From Octopus bimaculoides (taxonomy: Eukaryota): a DNA stretch of 60,020 nt. Where the stretch lies: positions 75,085,424 to 75,145,443 of the forward strand of contig NC_068986.1 in assembly GCF_001194135.2 (NCBI RefSeq), given 5' to 3'. The notes beneath the pieces are model-generated. The model made no database searches. It had not been told where the DNA came from and saw only the letters and a program-made list of their open reading frames with translations. Position numbers and translations under genes: made by a program. Shown one piece after another: positions 11,831 to 24,034 of this stretch (the stretch's first letter is position 1; each line of letters starts with the position of its first letter).

Positions 11831-13216
11831 TAAGTTATTACGATAATATCAAGGTAACAATGGCTAGGTATGGCAGTATTACGTATAAAATATAAACAGC
11901 ATGGATAGTTCACTGTAGTAGGATATCGCGTCCATAACATTTCACTTTGCCTTGTTACGGCGATTCCTAAAAAGGTCAACATCAGTAAACACGTTTATGA
12001 TTTCAGTACATTTAGTGATGCTGATACTAATCAATTCACTAGTAAGTATTCACTTTGGTTTTACAGACTCAACAGTAAGATTTTCAGGCTCATTTTGGAT
12101 GCATTGCTATGCTGACTTCTGCAGCATTTCAACGGATCACCTCTTGCTATGAGATTTCATTAACACCTCCAAATAAACTTCCATCTTGAGATTTCGCAGT
12201 CTAGCCAGCTCGATAGCTGCTGGATCTATTGCTTCGTAAAATTCCAGTTTATCGGCATACTTCTAGCTATAACTTCTTCCTGGCTGTGTTCGCTTACTTA
12301 CATTTCTCGATTGCTACGTCAAAACTGATTTGATATTCTCTATGACAGTCTTTGACAGATAGCTTTACATGGCTATTTCTTGAACGAGTAGTCTGAACGT
12401 GAGGTGAAAGTTCTAAGCCGTGATATTCGAAATAACGCATGACCCAACCTATAAAAATTTTGTGGTTAAAAGCAGACGAGTTTCCAACGTTATCCGACTG
12501 CCAGACACACTGTTTCGGTGTGGTTTCACTTCTCCAATGATTGATTTCACCTCGACAGTTAGGATCCCGATAAGAGGTTTCTGTTACTATGAATCAAGCA
12601 TCAAACACACACAAACACATACCTGAATACACAAATACATGTATGTGTATATATANNNNNNNNNNNNNNNNNNNNNNNNNNNNNNNNNNNNNNNNNNNNN
12701 NNNNNNNNNNNNNNNNNNNNNNNNNNNNNNNNNNNNNNNNNNNNNNNNNNNNNNNNNNNNNNNNNNNNNNNNNNNNNNNNNNNNNNNNNNNNNNNNNNNN
12801 NNNNNNNNNNNNNNNNNNNNNNNNNNNNNNNNNNNNNNNNNNNNNNNNNNNNNNNNNNNNNNNNNNNNNNNNNNNNNNNNNNNNNNNNNNNNNNNNNNNN
12901 NNNNNNNNNNNNNNNNNNNNNNNNNNNNNNNNNNNNNNNNNNNNNNNNNNNNNNNNNNNNNNNNNNNNNNNNNNNNNNNNNNNNNNNNNNNNNNNNNNNN
13001 NNNNNNNNNNNNNNNNNNNNNNNNNNNNNNNNNNNNNNNNNNNNNNNNNNNNNNNNNNNNNNNNNNNNNNNNNNNNNNNNNNNNNNNNNNNNNNNNNNNN
13101 NNNNNNNNNNNNNNNNNNNNNNNNNNNNNNNNNNNNNNNNNNNNNNNNNNNNNNNNNNNNNNNNNNNNNNNNNNNNNNNNNNNNNNNNNNNNNNNNNNNN
13201 NNNNNNNNNNNNNNNN

Positions 13217-13274
<58 letters not shown>

Positions 13275-14069
13275 TACATATACCATACATACATACACAG
13301 AAGCATCCGTAACTGTAGAGAAAACTGCAAATACCATAACAAGGTACGTATATATTGGGCCCTAGCTCGGAAGTCACATGGTTTTCAGGCGTGTAAAAGA
13401 ACCTCTTAACCACTACAGTTCCTAGATATAGTACGTTTCGAGGTAGTGGCACGTGTCAGGGTGCCAGCTATAGTTTAATTAGCATATTAGGATTTGTCTA
13501 CCAATGCGTGTGAAGGCTGGATCCGGCAGATTCTGCTGAAAAAATATTCATGGTACGTCGGAATGGAAGACGTATGCAGCAACGCTTTGTGGGGTGCAGA
13601 GAGCAAGATATGGCAAGTAAGTTATCTCGGTCATCCACTGCATCTGTTTCCATCCACAATCGTCTTTACCTGGTCTTTCCACTGGATTGAAGATGGTCAC
13701 GGTTGAGAGGGCGAAGTTGACAGCGCACAACACTTCTTTTTGAACAAAATCACGGCACAAGTCATCAGTTATCATTAAGGCTGACTTGATGCTCCTCGTC
13801 GTTCCATGTATATATGTTTACATATGTGTATGTTCTTTTCTGTTTTCAATTAATTCTTTTCTCTGAAGAAGGAACTGGTTTCTAGCAAAAATACAAAGCT
13901 ACATCGCTGGAATATAGATAACAAAAGCAATGTCACATTTTAAACTTGAGAAAAGTCTTGAATATTTTTATTTACAAATTGTATTTGTAATGTGCGAGGT
14001 AAGATGGGTGATTTCTTTATCTGAAAATCTTAGCTTATTCAGATTTGTAAATTCATCATTTACTCATAA

Positions 14070-14495
14070 AACCATGTGCACCTATTATTACTGGTATTAA
14101 TGGGAATATATAATCTGGATAAAAAGCTGGAGGTTTTGAAGCAGTTGTTCATAATTGTCCTCTCGCCCTTTGATTTTCAAAGAGAGATTCACTTCAGCGG
14201 GTCAGCTGACCTCTATGGTGGTACATACTTTTTTCTTGTCAGTCCCAAACATCAATATCCAGACTCTTATGCTTACACTTGACAGACGTTTTGGTGGGAA
14301 CGTTCTACCAGTATTCCTTGTGTTGATGTTTGTGTATGAATTCAATAGGGGAATCATTATATCTATTCCAGAATTTCCTTTTTTCCCCGATCGCATTATA
14401 TATGCTTTTTCCGACAACGTCGTGTCGCATAGCAGAGTTGTACCGTGACATTATTGGGGAGCTGTTAATCATATATGTGATGTCTTCCATAGAAA
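14070..14495 (-). mobile_element. RLE (restriction-like endonuclease) domain remnant of an R2/R4/NeSL LINE
   Basis: Translation across stops and one frameshift: EDITYMINSSP..RHDVVGKSIYN..W*NVPTKTSVKCKHKSLDIDVWD..KVCTTIEVSCPAEVN..KIKGREDNYEQL..LQLLYPDY..IPVIIGA. Contains the RHD motif and a PD-(D/E)xK-like core. Confidence 0.8.
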
Positions 14496-14580
14496 CATGA
14501 AATAATCTACTTTTTCGGTTGCATCTTGGAGCTCCAACGGCTTTACTGACTTTATTGTATATTAGTTATTTCGTATGTAC

Positions 14581-14615
<35 letters not shown>

Positions 14616-15304
14616 TGTATGTATGTATGTATGTATGTATGTATGCATGTAGGAATGTATGTATGTATGTATGTATGTATGAGTATTGGTGTGTCTGAAT
14701 ATGTATAACTGTGGCATGTGTGTTTTTGCCTCCATATTGAGGAGCGTAAGGGCGTGCCATGGCGATGGATTTGGTTTTATATGTCGGAAAACTACGTATG
14801 TGCTGTATAAATCTAAATGATAAGCAGACACACATACATTAATCTACAAGAAAATAGAGAGGGGCGCCATTCCTCTGGTACATCCCTAGCCCTACACGCA
14901 TTAATAATATTGTACAATGATATGAATGAACGTTATGAATATTCCCCCAGTGAGTTCTGTAGGATATTTCGGTTTGCTAGAAATAGCAACCAAATTCCTC
15001 AAACCACATTGTACCATCCTAAAAAAAAAAAGAGAGAAAAAGAAGTTTGCCCACAACTATTCTCAGATATACGAATTATGACTTCATCATAACTTGGAAT
15101 GTTTTTGATCTTAGATCTCATGGATCAGCGCTTGCCTGGGGCTAAATAACAACGACAATTCTTAAGAGACCTTACATTCTTATCATAGGAAAGTCTATGC
15201 ACGAAATTCTACACTGATCATTTATTTAAATTACTATCGATTATTAAGTGTTTTTAGTAAATGTTCAATCAACAGCGAACATCAGAACGTCACTGATCAT
15301 CATG

Positions 15305-15396
15305 TTTTGTTCTCAGGCTATTTGCTTCCTACGTGTATAATATATATATATATACATATATTATGCGCGCATGAAGCAAATAGCCTGAGAACAAAA
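15305..15396. repeat. Perfect 24-bp inverted repeat around a TA-rich loop (tiny MITE-like hairpin)
   Basis: TTTTGTTCTCAGGCTATTTGCTTC (15305-15328) and GAAGCAAATAGCCTGAGAACAAAA (15373-15396). Confidence 0.9.
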
Positions 15397-16244
15397 TATA
15401 CAAATATATACAAGCACATGCGCACGCTCGCATATGCACATATATGTATGTATTAATATAATACGCACACATATATAAATATGTAGAGATGAATAAATAT
15501 ATATATATATATATACGTACATATATATATATATACATACACACATACAGATATATATATATACATATATACATATATATGTATATATATATATATATAT
15601 ATNNNNNNNNNNNNNNNNNNNNNNNNNNNNNNNNNNNNNNNNNNNNNNNNNNNNNNNNNNNNNNNNNNNNNNNNNNNNNNNNNNNNNNNNNNNNNNNNNN
15701 NNNNNNNNNNNNNNNNNNNNNNNNNNNNNNNNNNNNNNNNNNNNNNNNNNNNNNNNNNNNNNNNNNNNNNNNNNNNNNNNNNNNNNNNNNNNNNNNNNNN
15801 NNNNNNNNNNNNNNNNNNNNNNNNNNNNNNNNNNNNNNNNNNNNNNNNNNNNNNNNNNNNNNNNNNNNNNNNNNNNNNNNNNNNNNNNNNNNNNNNNNNN
15901 NNNNNNNNNNNNNNNNNNNNNNNNNNNNNNNNNNNNNNNNNNNNNNNNNNNNNNNNNNNNNNNNNNNNNNNNNNNGCGGCTTTTTCTGAACAGTTTAGAA
16001 TTGGGGGAAGAAGGAAGCAAGTTTTACTCAGACTGGACATCTGACCCGAAATTTGCTACTGAGTGGACATTGCTTAAAATCAACCGAGCAGAGCACCTAA
16101 AGCGATAGTGTTCAATGCGTGACAGATAACGGCAGTCAACTAAAAACAAGAACTTTTACTAAGATTAACTTCGACCCTGTTTCCTCCTACAAACTTTCCC
16201 TTGCAGGGTTTCGATCATCCCGAAATATTATTGGTTCCAGAAAG

Positions 16245-16660
16245 CCACAAATTTCGGAGTAGAGTGTAAGTGGATTACATTGACCCCTAGCATTCGACTG
16301 GTGCTTATTTTATCGACCCGAATGGATGAAAGGCAAAGTCGACCTCGGTGGGATTTGAACTGAGGAAATAAAGACATACGAAATGCCGCTAAGCATTTTG
16401 CCCGGCGTGCTAACGATTCTGTCAGCCTGAAACCTTAGGTCGCCCGGAAGTAATAATGATTTCAAATTTTGGCACAAGGCTAGAAATTTCGGGGGAAGGT
16501 GTAAGTCGATTACATCGACCCCCGTGTTCAACCGATACTTATTTTATCGAACCGGGAGGGAGGAAAGGCAAGGTCGACCGTGGCGGAACATGGAAATGGA
16601 CGAAATGCTGCTAAGTATTTCCTCTGACATGCTAACGATTCTGTCTGCTCGCTGCCTTTC
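16245..16660 (-). mobile_element. Two tandem SINE family A copies (about 16245-16430 and 16460-16655)
   Basis: Both show TTTATCGA..GGATGAAAGGCAAAGTCGACC and GCTAACGATTCTG. Confidence 0.9.
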
Positions 16661-17159
16661 GTTCCGGCGTAATATTACTAAGCAGTAGACTGTGATTCGC
16701 TGAGATAGGAATCAACATGGAAAGTACGTAGTTGTAAGACGAACTTACACCACTATTCAATTCCCTTGCGGCTTCCTCCCTTTCAAAAGCTCACACATCC
16801 AATCATATAATATTATTTTATTATATTTTTATTGTTTCCTTTTGTCTGGTACTCGTGGAATGTAAATCTTTGTTCAATGTTTGTGTAGGGTCTTTTGTGA
16901 GAAGAAAGCAGTAGTTTGAAGTATCTGTATTAGAGTGGTTAATTTCTGTGTTAGAAGATAAATGGAGGCTGCTTGTTAACGGGAGAATATATACACACTG
17001 TAATGAACTGTCGAAAGATGCTGATGTTCATCGGAAGAAAGATTATATTACTTACTCAAAAGGGAGTATGGTGAAATGGAGACTTAATGAGATTAGGGAC
17101 TTGTTATTATCGACAGATATGTTTTGTTAAGAGAGTTATTGTGCTAATCAGTTCAAAAG

Positions 17160-17311
17160 AATAGTAATAATAATGATGATGATGATGATGATGATGATAT
17201 ATGTATGTATAAGTATGCATGCACATTTATATACATATACATATATACATACATACATGAACATACACACAAATATACACACATATATATATGCATATTG
17301 ATACATACATA

Positions 17312-17347
<36 letters not shown>

Positions 17348-17421
17348 AATGCATATATAAATATCTATGCGTATATATATATGTACATATGTATGTACAC
17401 ACACACATACATATATATACT

Positions 17422-17454
<33 letters not shown>

Positions 17455-17881
17455 ATACACGCATATATACATATATGCATACACACACACTCACACACAC
17501 AGACGCACATACATACATACATACATACACACATACATACATATATATATATATGTGCAGTAATCATTTCGTATGCGTTCTCCATGAACTGTGAAAGCAT
17601 ATATTTTACAATTTCCCAATTCTCAGTTATATAACCAAGTGTCTATGTGAAGAAAATAAAGAATCAATATATATTTCAATTATTAATTTGAACAGAATAA
17701 GAACCGGGCTTTCGCAATACATAAATATTTGGCCGTACAAGTGTGTAACTACTGTATGTGTTTGTCTAAGTATGACTATGTATGCGCAAACGTTTGTGTG
17801 CTAAATGCATTTACGTATTACTATATCTAAATTTATATAATTGCTTCTTCCTCGCTTTTTTCTTTCTTTCATTCCTTTTCC

Positions 17882-17966
<85 letters not shown>

Positions 17967-18104
17967 TTTGTCTCTCTCTTTGTCTTTTTCTCCCTCTAAG
18001 TGTGTGCATATATGTTTACGCTGTGTAAATTTATACATACATACATACCCATACACACACAAACACATACATACACACACACAAACACACACACATATAC
18101 ACAA

Positions 18105-18135
<31 letters not shown>

Positions 18136-18145
18136 TGCACGAATG
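17160..18145. repeat. Microsatellite field (GAT)n, (TA/CA)n, (CTTT)n, (CT)n
   Basis: Seen directly. Confidence 0.9.
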
Positions 18146-19391
18146 TAAACATGAATAATTGAATGGTTGCTTAGGTGTTTGTGTGGCTGTAAAGATAGAT
18201 TGAGTGAACGTTTGTTGGAAATGTATTTATTTTTAGCGGAAAATATCTTCGCATTTTGCCTAATTAGATTAGAAAAAAGCTTTCATGTTGTGTGGGTGCA
18301 TCGATTTTGCTGAGAATATCTATGACAAGAGATCGGCACCAGAGATATGGCCTTTCTGTTAACATCGGAAATGTTAAAGCATATCTTTATATCTTTTTTT
18401 TTTCTCTTCATTTTCTGTACTTTTTATTATTTTCTAAGTGAGTTTACTACCTCCCATCTATCGTTCAAATAGTTTAGTGCCAATTCATACGCTGCACATT
18501 CTTTTATATGGATTGTTTTTGTTCACCTTGTGTACAAATATTTGTGTATTTCTCGGGTAATACAACGCAACAAAAATATTTGGAGTTGGTTCATATGATT
18601 TCATTTCAAATACAACATCACAAATTGTCAATAGATATGTATTTTAATTAGGTATACCTTTTTACGATATTGTTATATATGTTCCGACATAAGTTCAAAC
18701 ACGTAGGCATTAGTTTAGTTTTTTTTTTTTTGTTATTTCTTTTTAGTTAAATGAATATAAAATAGTCACTTCATTTTAAAAGGGATTTGAATCCAATATA
18801 AATAGCTCCAACCAGAAATCAAAAGAACAGTGTATGAATTTTGTTCAGCGTGAGCTCATCTTTGCATCCACGTTCNNNNNNNNNNNNNNNNNNNNNNNNN
18901 NNNNNNNNNNNNNNNNNNNNNNNNNNNNNNNNNNNNNNNNNNNNNNNNNNNNNNNNNNNNNNNNNNNNNNNNNNNNNNNNNNNNNNNNNNNNNNNNNNNN
19001 NNNNNNNNNNNNNNNNNNNNNNNNNNNNNNNNNNNNNNNNNNNNNNNNNNNNNNNNNNNNNNNNNNNNNNNNNNNNNNNNNNNNNNNNNNNNNNNNNNTA
19101 TGTTCCGACATAAGTTCAAACACGTAGGCATTAGTTTAGTTTTTTTTTTTTTGTTATTTCTTTTTAGTTAAATGAATATAAAATAGTCACTTCATTTTAA
19201 AAGGGATTTGAATCCAATATAAATAGCTCCAACCAGAAATCAAAAGAACAGTGTATGAATTTTGTTCACCGAGAGCTCATCTCTCGTTCCATGTTCCTCC
19301 CACGCTCACTTTTTTTTCCATGTTGACTGCAAGCTCAAATTTCGAGTATGAAATTTGTTCACCTTGCGCTTATCTCTTCGCCAAAGACCAC

Positions 19392-19630
19392 TGTTGTGTC
19401 GACGCCTCCAGGCGAAGAAGTAGGATCTCCCAAGACATATAAAAAGAGGTAGCCTAGCCGTGGTAGGAGTGTTGAGTAGCGGTTAAGTATCAGTTGAGTA
19501 GCAGTCGAGTAGCAGTTGTGTGGTGGTTGAGTAGAGATCATCCGAACGTGCTAGATAGCAGTAGCTTGAGGCATAGCAGTGGCGACGAGGATGAGATCCT
19601 ACTTCTTCGCCTGGGTGCGTCGACACAACA
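19392..19630 (+). mobile_element. TGTTG..CAACA element, copy 1: LTR-like unit + tRNA-Ser PBS + 38-bp terminal inverted repeat
   Basis: TIRs 19392-19429 and 19593-19630 match at 36/38. TATA-like TATAAAAAG present. PBS TGGCGACGAGGATG at 19580-19593 follows CA+1 nt. Flanks ACCAC/ACTAC. Confidence 0.8.
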
Positions 19631-19828
19631 ACTACACTGGCGGCTTTGAAGATATATGTGTTTGTAAAACACTAGACTAAATATATTACAGTACTTATTT
19701 TTGGCTAACGTGATTCTAAGCTCAACTACCTTCTACGTCAACTTAAGTGAACATCTTTGAAATCAGGTAACAATTATCCACGGTACTACATTTGATCGAG
19801 AAATCTTCGAAATAGTACTGGTCAGATT

Positions 19829-19849
<21 letters not shown>

Positions 19850-19875
<26 letters not shown>
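19850..19875. repeat. (GTT)n microsatellite (tract starts about 19828)
   Basis: Seen directly. Confidence 0.9.
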
Positions 19876-19992
19876 ATTTTTCTTGTTGTTCATCGCCTTA
19901 TCAACCCCGATTAAGCTATGATCAAACGCATTCCAGCTTTGATCATCCAGCTTACTTTCAGTTATAGATAATATACTTTAAGGATCACTAAT

Positions 19993-20705
19993 GAAGGGGC
20001 GTGGCCCAGTGTTTAGGTAATTGCAATCATGATCGCTAGGTCACGAGTTCGATTCCCGGACTGAGCAGTGCGTGTTCTTGAGCAAAACACTTCATTTCAC
20101 GTTGTTCCAGTCCACTCAGCTGAAAATGGGTAACACTGCGACAAATAGGCGTCTCGTTCGGGGAGAACGTTGGCCAACTCATCTACTCAGCAGGCAGGCA
20201 TCAACCAATAGCTACAACAATGCGAAGAAGGGTATTGTGGTAAGCAGATGTATAACATCCCATAGTTTGGTTAATATAATTATACAGGGATTATATACAT
20301 ACATGCATTCGTATGTGTGTGTGTATTTGTGTGTGTGTATGCGTGTGTGTGTGTGTATTTGCGTGTGTGTGTGAGTATTTATATATTTATATGTGTGTGT
20401 TTGTGTGTGTGTATGTGTGTGTTTGTGTGTTTGTATGTGTGTATTTGTGTGAGTGTGTGTCTTTGTGTCTCTGTTTGTAATCTCTTCCTTGTCGCTTGAC
20501 AACCGCTAGTGGTTTGTTTACGTCCCCCATAACATAGCGGTTTGATAAAAAGGCCCAATAGACTAATTACCATTATGTAAAAACGAAAAAAAAACCAGAC
20601 AAACAAAAAATCTTAAGTACTGGAGTCGATCTGTCCAACTAAAACCCTTTATTCCAATGGTCCACCATGGATATTAGTTCAATGATTGCTATAAGTAAAA
20701 GATAT
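19993..20705 (+). mobile_element. SINE with E-type tRNA head and body, microsatellite, then B-type tail (degenerate)
   Basis: Head GGCCCAGTG..GAGTTCGATTCCCGG, body GTTCTTGAGCAAAACAC..CAGTCCACTCAGCTG, (TG)n, then GCTTGACAACCG..TTTACGTCCCC..AGCGGTT. Confidence 0.65.
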
Positions 20706-20809
20706 ATGTGATATATGATCTGGCAAATTTTTAAACAAGGAAACTTATTTTTAACAAGTCAACTGGCTAATCGCGACACCAGTGCCTCTTCTGGCTTTGT
20801 CAATCTGGC

Positions 20810-20842
<33 letters not shown>

Positions 20843-21082
20843 TGGATGAAGTGCTGCTGTCATTAGTGGTCGAGTGTCCATCACTGACAAGACCCAGCAA
20901 GGCTGAAATCACATGATCTGACGTTCTCGATGCCAGAGGTGGCGGGGATGTATCACTCCGCTGGCGATATAAACAAGACTGCATTTTGCACCAAAAAAGT
21001 CATTGTGAGAGTTTCTCACATGGCAACGACCATTTAATATACATTTATACATGCATACATGTATGTACTCACACACACGGAT

Positions 21083-21110
21083 AGATAAATAGACAGACAA
21101 ACAGACAGAC

Positions 21111-21174
<64 letters not shown>

Positions 21175-21175
21175 C
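21083..21175. repeat. (GACA)n/(GATA)n microsatellite
   Basis: Seen directly. Confidence 0.95.
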
Positions 21176-22299
21176 AACAATCTATCGATTGTGTTTTGTA
21201 TTATAGATAGCTTTTTGAAAACGATGCTGTTGTTATTGCTGTTGTAGTGTTGTTGATGCTGCTAGTGTTGATGTTGCTAGTGTTGCTGTTGTTGCTACTG
21301 CTGCTGTTGCTGTTAGGCTTCAGATCAACATTGATAGAAGACACAGACATACATTTCTGTAGTTCTTTACTTTCTTTCAATGATCACAACTACGCTCCTT
21401 GCAGGAGCCATTGTCTTTAATTTGCTGTGAAAAATATCTTTAAATTCGGAAAAATTATCATGAACTACATTTTGCATATGTCCTTTCATTCAAACTATTG
21501 AGTGTGATTTGGATGCAAATTCTAGTAGTAGCGGTTGTGGGTTTCAAATATCGTCTCATATGGCCGCCATTTAAAAATCAAACTAGATTTCTTTCCTGCT
21601 GCATTAAACAGTGCGAGTGAATATTTTTCATTGGATCACGAGCCGTTAATAAATACTAAGGGCCTTCGCTTCTATTCATTAAAGGATGTCATTTTCAGAT
21701 TATTAGAATCTTTTTTTGCTCACAATATTAAACAGGACAACATCCACTTAACTGTTGGTTTTGCAAGTAGCAGGCGTCCCTAGGTATTTCCCTCGTGGCT
21801 ATTATGTTATATTAGTGGAAGAAAGAAATGGCATAGGATCCATTAAGCTTGTTTTAGTAAAAATGAAAAATCAAACATGTTTTGTGTGTATTTTTCTAAT
21901 TTCCTTTTTATTGTCTTTGTTGATACGTTAAAAGTTGCGGAGCAATATTAATTTCAGTAGGAGAATAAAGGTATGATTCCGACCTAGAGTACTTTCACAC
22001 TTTGTTTATCATTCTCTCTTGTGCCTATTGCAATTAATTTACTCCATTATCGCTGTTTATATAAACATGAATGTGACACTTTCCAATTTCTCACTGCTTG
22101 AAACTTTCTACCCAAATATAAAAATCGATATTTTCCCCCTTAAAATGTCGGTCGTTAACCTCGGTGACATGATACTCAGTCACGGCCCTTGCTTCATTAA
22201 TATTAAAATAAAACACGTGGTGAGATGAAATAATCGTTCCTAACATAGTTACATGAATAAATGATACTTAATAACACGATTAAATAAAATAATTGATTT

Positions 22300-22512
22300 T
22301 GATTTAGGCACAATGCCAGTAGTCTTAAAATCATAGGGTATTAGTCGATACCACTGACTCCAGTACTTTATTGGTACTTTATTTTATCGATCCCAGATGG
22401 ATGAAAGGAAATATTCACTTTGAAGGGATTTTTATTCAAAATGTAAGAGGTGAGAACAAATACTGCTAAACAGTTTTTTCCGGCGTTCTATCGTTTCTGC
22501 CAGTTAGCTCCC
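22300..22512 (-). mobile_element. Degenerate SINE family A
   Basis: TAGGCACAA..GGTACTTTATTTTATCGATCCCAGATGGATGAAAGG..TTCTGCCAG. Confidence 0.7.
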
Positions 22513-23699
22513 TTGAAAAGTTGTTTATAATTTAGACACAAGCCAAGCAGTCACGATGGGAAGGAGATATCGATAGCACCCAAGCAGTTTGGGTTTGAAT
22601 CCTGGACAAATAATACAAAGCATTTTTTTTTTTTTACGACATTGTAATTTAACGATTTATCATTTAAAAATTGACTTTTCCGCCATCAATGAATTGATGT
22701 GAAGTACGGATGTGACTTCACTGGTTTATGTAAGTGATCAACACTAAAGGAGACTCTAAATGCTCACTTTACCTGCTAGAAAAAGCTGTCCAATTTGTCT
22801 CAAATAATACACTACTGCTTCAGAAAAGGAAATGTTACAGTGGAAGTTCTTGTTCTACATGCGCTTAAAAAGACGCGAGGTCATGACTAAAATACTTTTG
22901 ATCAAAAGCTCCTTAATCAGAATCGAGCTGCAGCTATACAAAGTTAACAGCAAAAATACAACGCATTCGGATCGATAAGAATTTGATACATTGTTTTTAT
23001 TAAAAAATTATTTTGGTGTTGCTATTGCTGTTTGGTAGAATTTAGGTTTGCTAAGCATACTTATGATCAGACATTCCATCTGTGATCATCTGCTTTTATG
23101 TTTCTCACGTATAGGATTATATTATGTAGTGTTCTTTATCTTTTTTGAGACAGTAGGGTGTGATGTGAGCTGTTTCTCGGAGATGGACTGACCACATAAA
23201 ACGTCACTTGGAGCAGTCATAATGACCTTCCACTGAAATTATACAATAAGAGAGACAGAGTGTGTATGTATGTGTATGTGTGTGTGTGCTCACGCGATAA
23301 GATATATTCGTGCATATATATGTGGAGAGGTATCTGTATGTACGCATGTGTATATGTGAGTATATTACTGTATAGGTATGTATATAAGTGTGTGTTACGA
23401 CAAAAAGGAAACGATTCATAGACACATAGATACTCCAATCCCACCCGTGATGTAATTAGAGATCTAATCACACGATTTAGCGGAAGAATCTCATATCTAT
23501 GGGTGAACGTTGAGATTTTCAACAGAGCCGAACCCCTCAATAACGAGGCACAAAGGAGGAGCAACTTCGCTGAATTTTAGTGTATAGATAGAATCTCCGC
23601 CCTACCCTCACACCCACAGAGAATTAGAAGTGAAAGATAACCTGCTTTTATCTTCCATTCAATCTAGATGTTTCCATTAATAAAGTTAGAAGCTTTCTG

Positions 23700-24030
23700 A
23701 CACTAATTAAAAAAGCATTTCCAAAGAATCCATAGATATTACAAGCTCTTTAATTCCCATAGCGTCATGGTTAGCTACACATGTTGAGATAATATTGCTT
23801 CCAACATTGCACGCTACAATAGAAGCAAACAGACTCGAACAGTTGTCATTTCTCTCCAACCTGTAACTTCCGAAAACATACCAAGTGCCCATTAAGAGGA
23901 TCCTACTTTCCAAAGGTTCTAGTCTATACGGCCACCTTCACACTAGCAGATGGCATCATGAGACACCACATGGACAGAATAGCCAATATTTTAAGGGAAA
24001 ATACAAGTAACACATTCATTACTTGTAGAG
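23700..24030 (+). mobile_element. Penelope-like element remnant (RT-endonuclease linker and start of GIY-YIG)
   Basis: Translation KKHFQRIHRYYKLFNSHSVMVSYTC*DNIASNIARYN..TCNFRKHTKCPLRGSYFPKVLVYTAT resembles the PLE pattern KHFP..H.IFN...VKVSYSC..N..CNCR...CPL.G.C...VVY.A. Confidence 0.65.
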
Positions 24031-24034
24031 TAAT

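Noticed and set aside
16209-16275. Apparent 59-nt exon (TTGCAG..GT|GTAAGT) with open frames
   Set aside because: The donor and the 3' part lie in the tail of a minus-strand SINE A, and there is no protein similarity.
18680-19295. ~170-bp direct repeat on either side of a 223-N gap
   Set aside because: Identical over about 165 bp across a gap, so most likely an unmerged contig overlap. It diverges only at the contig end; long reads are needed to exclude a real tandem.
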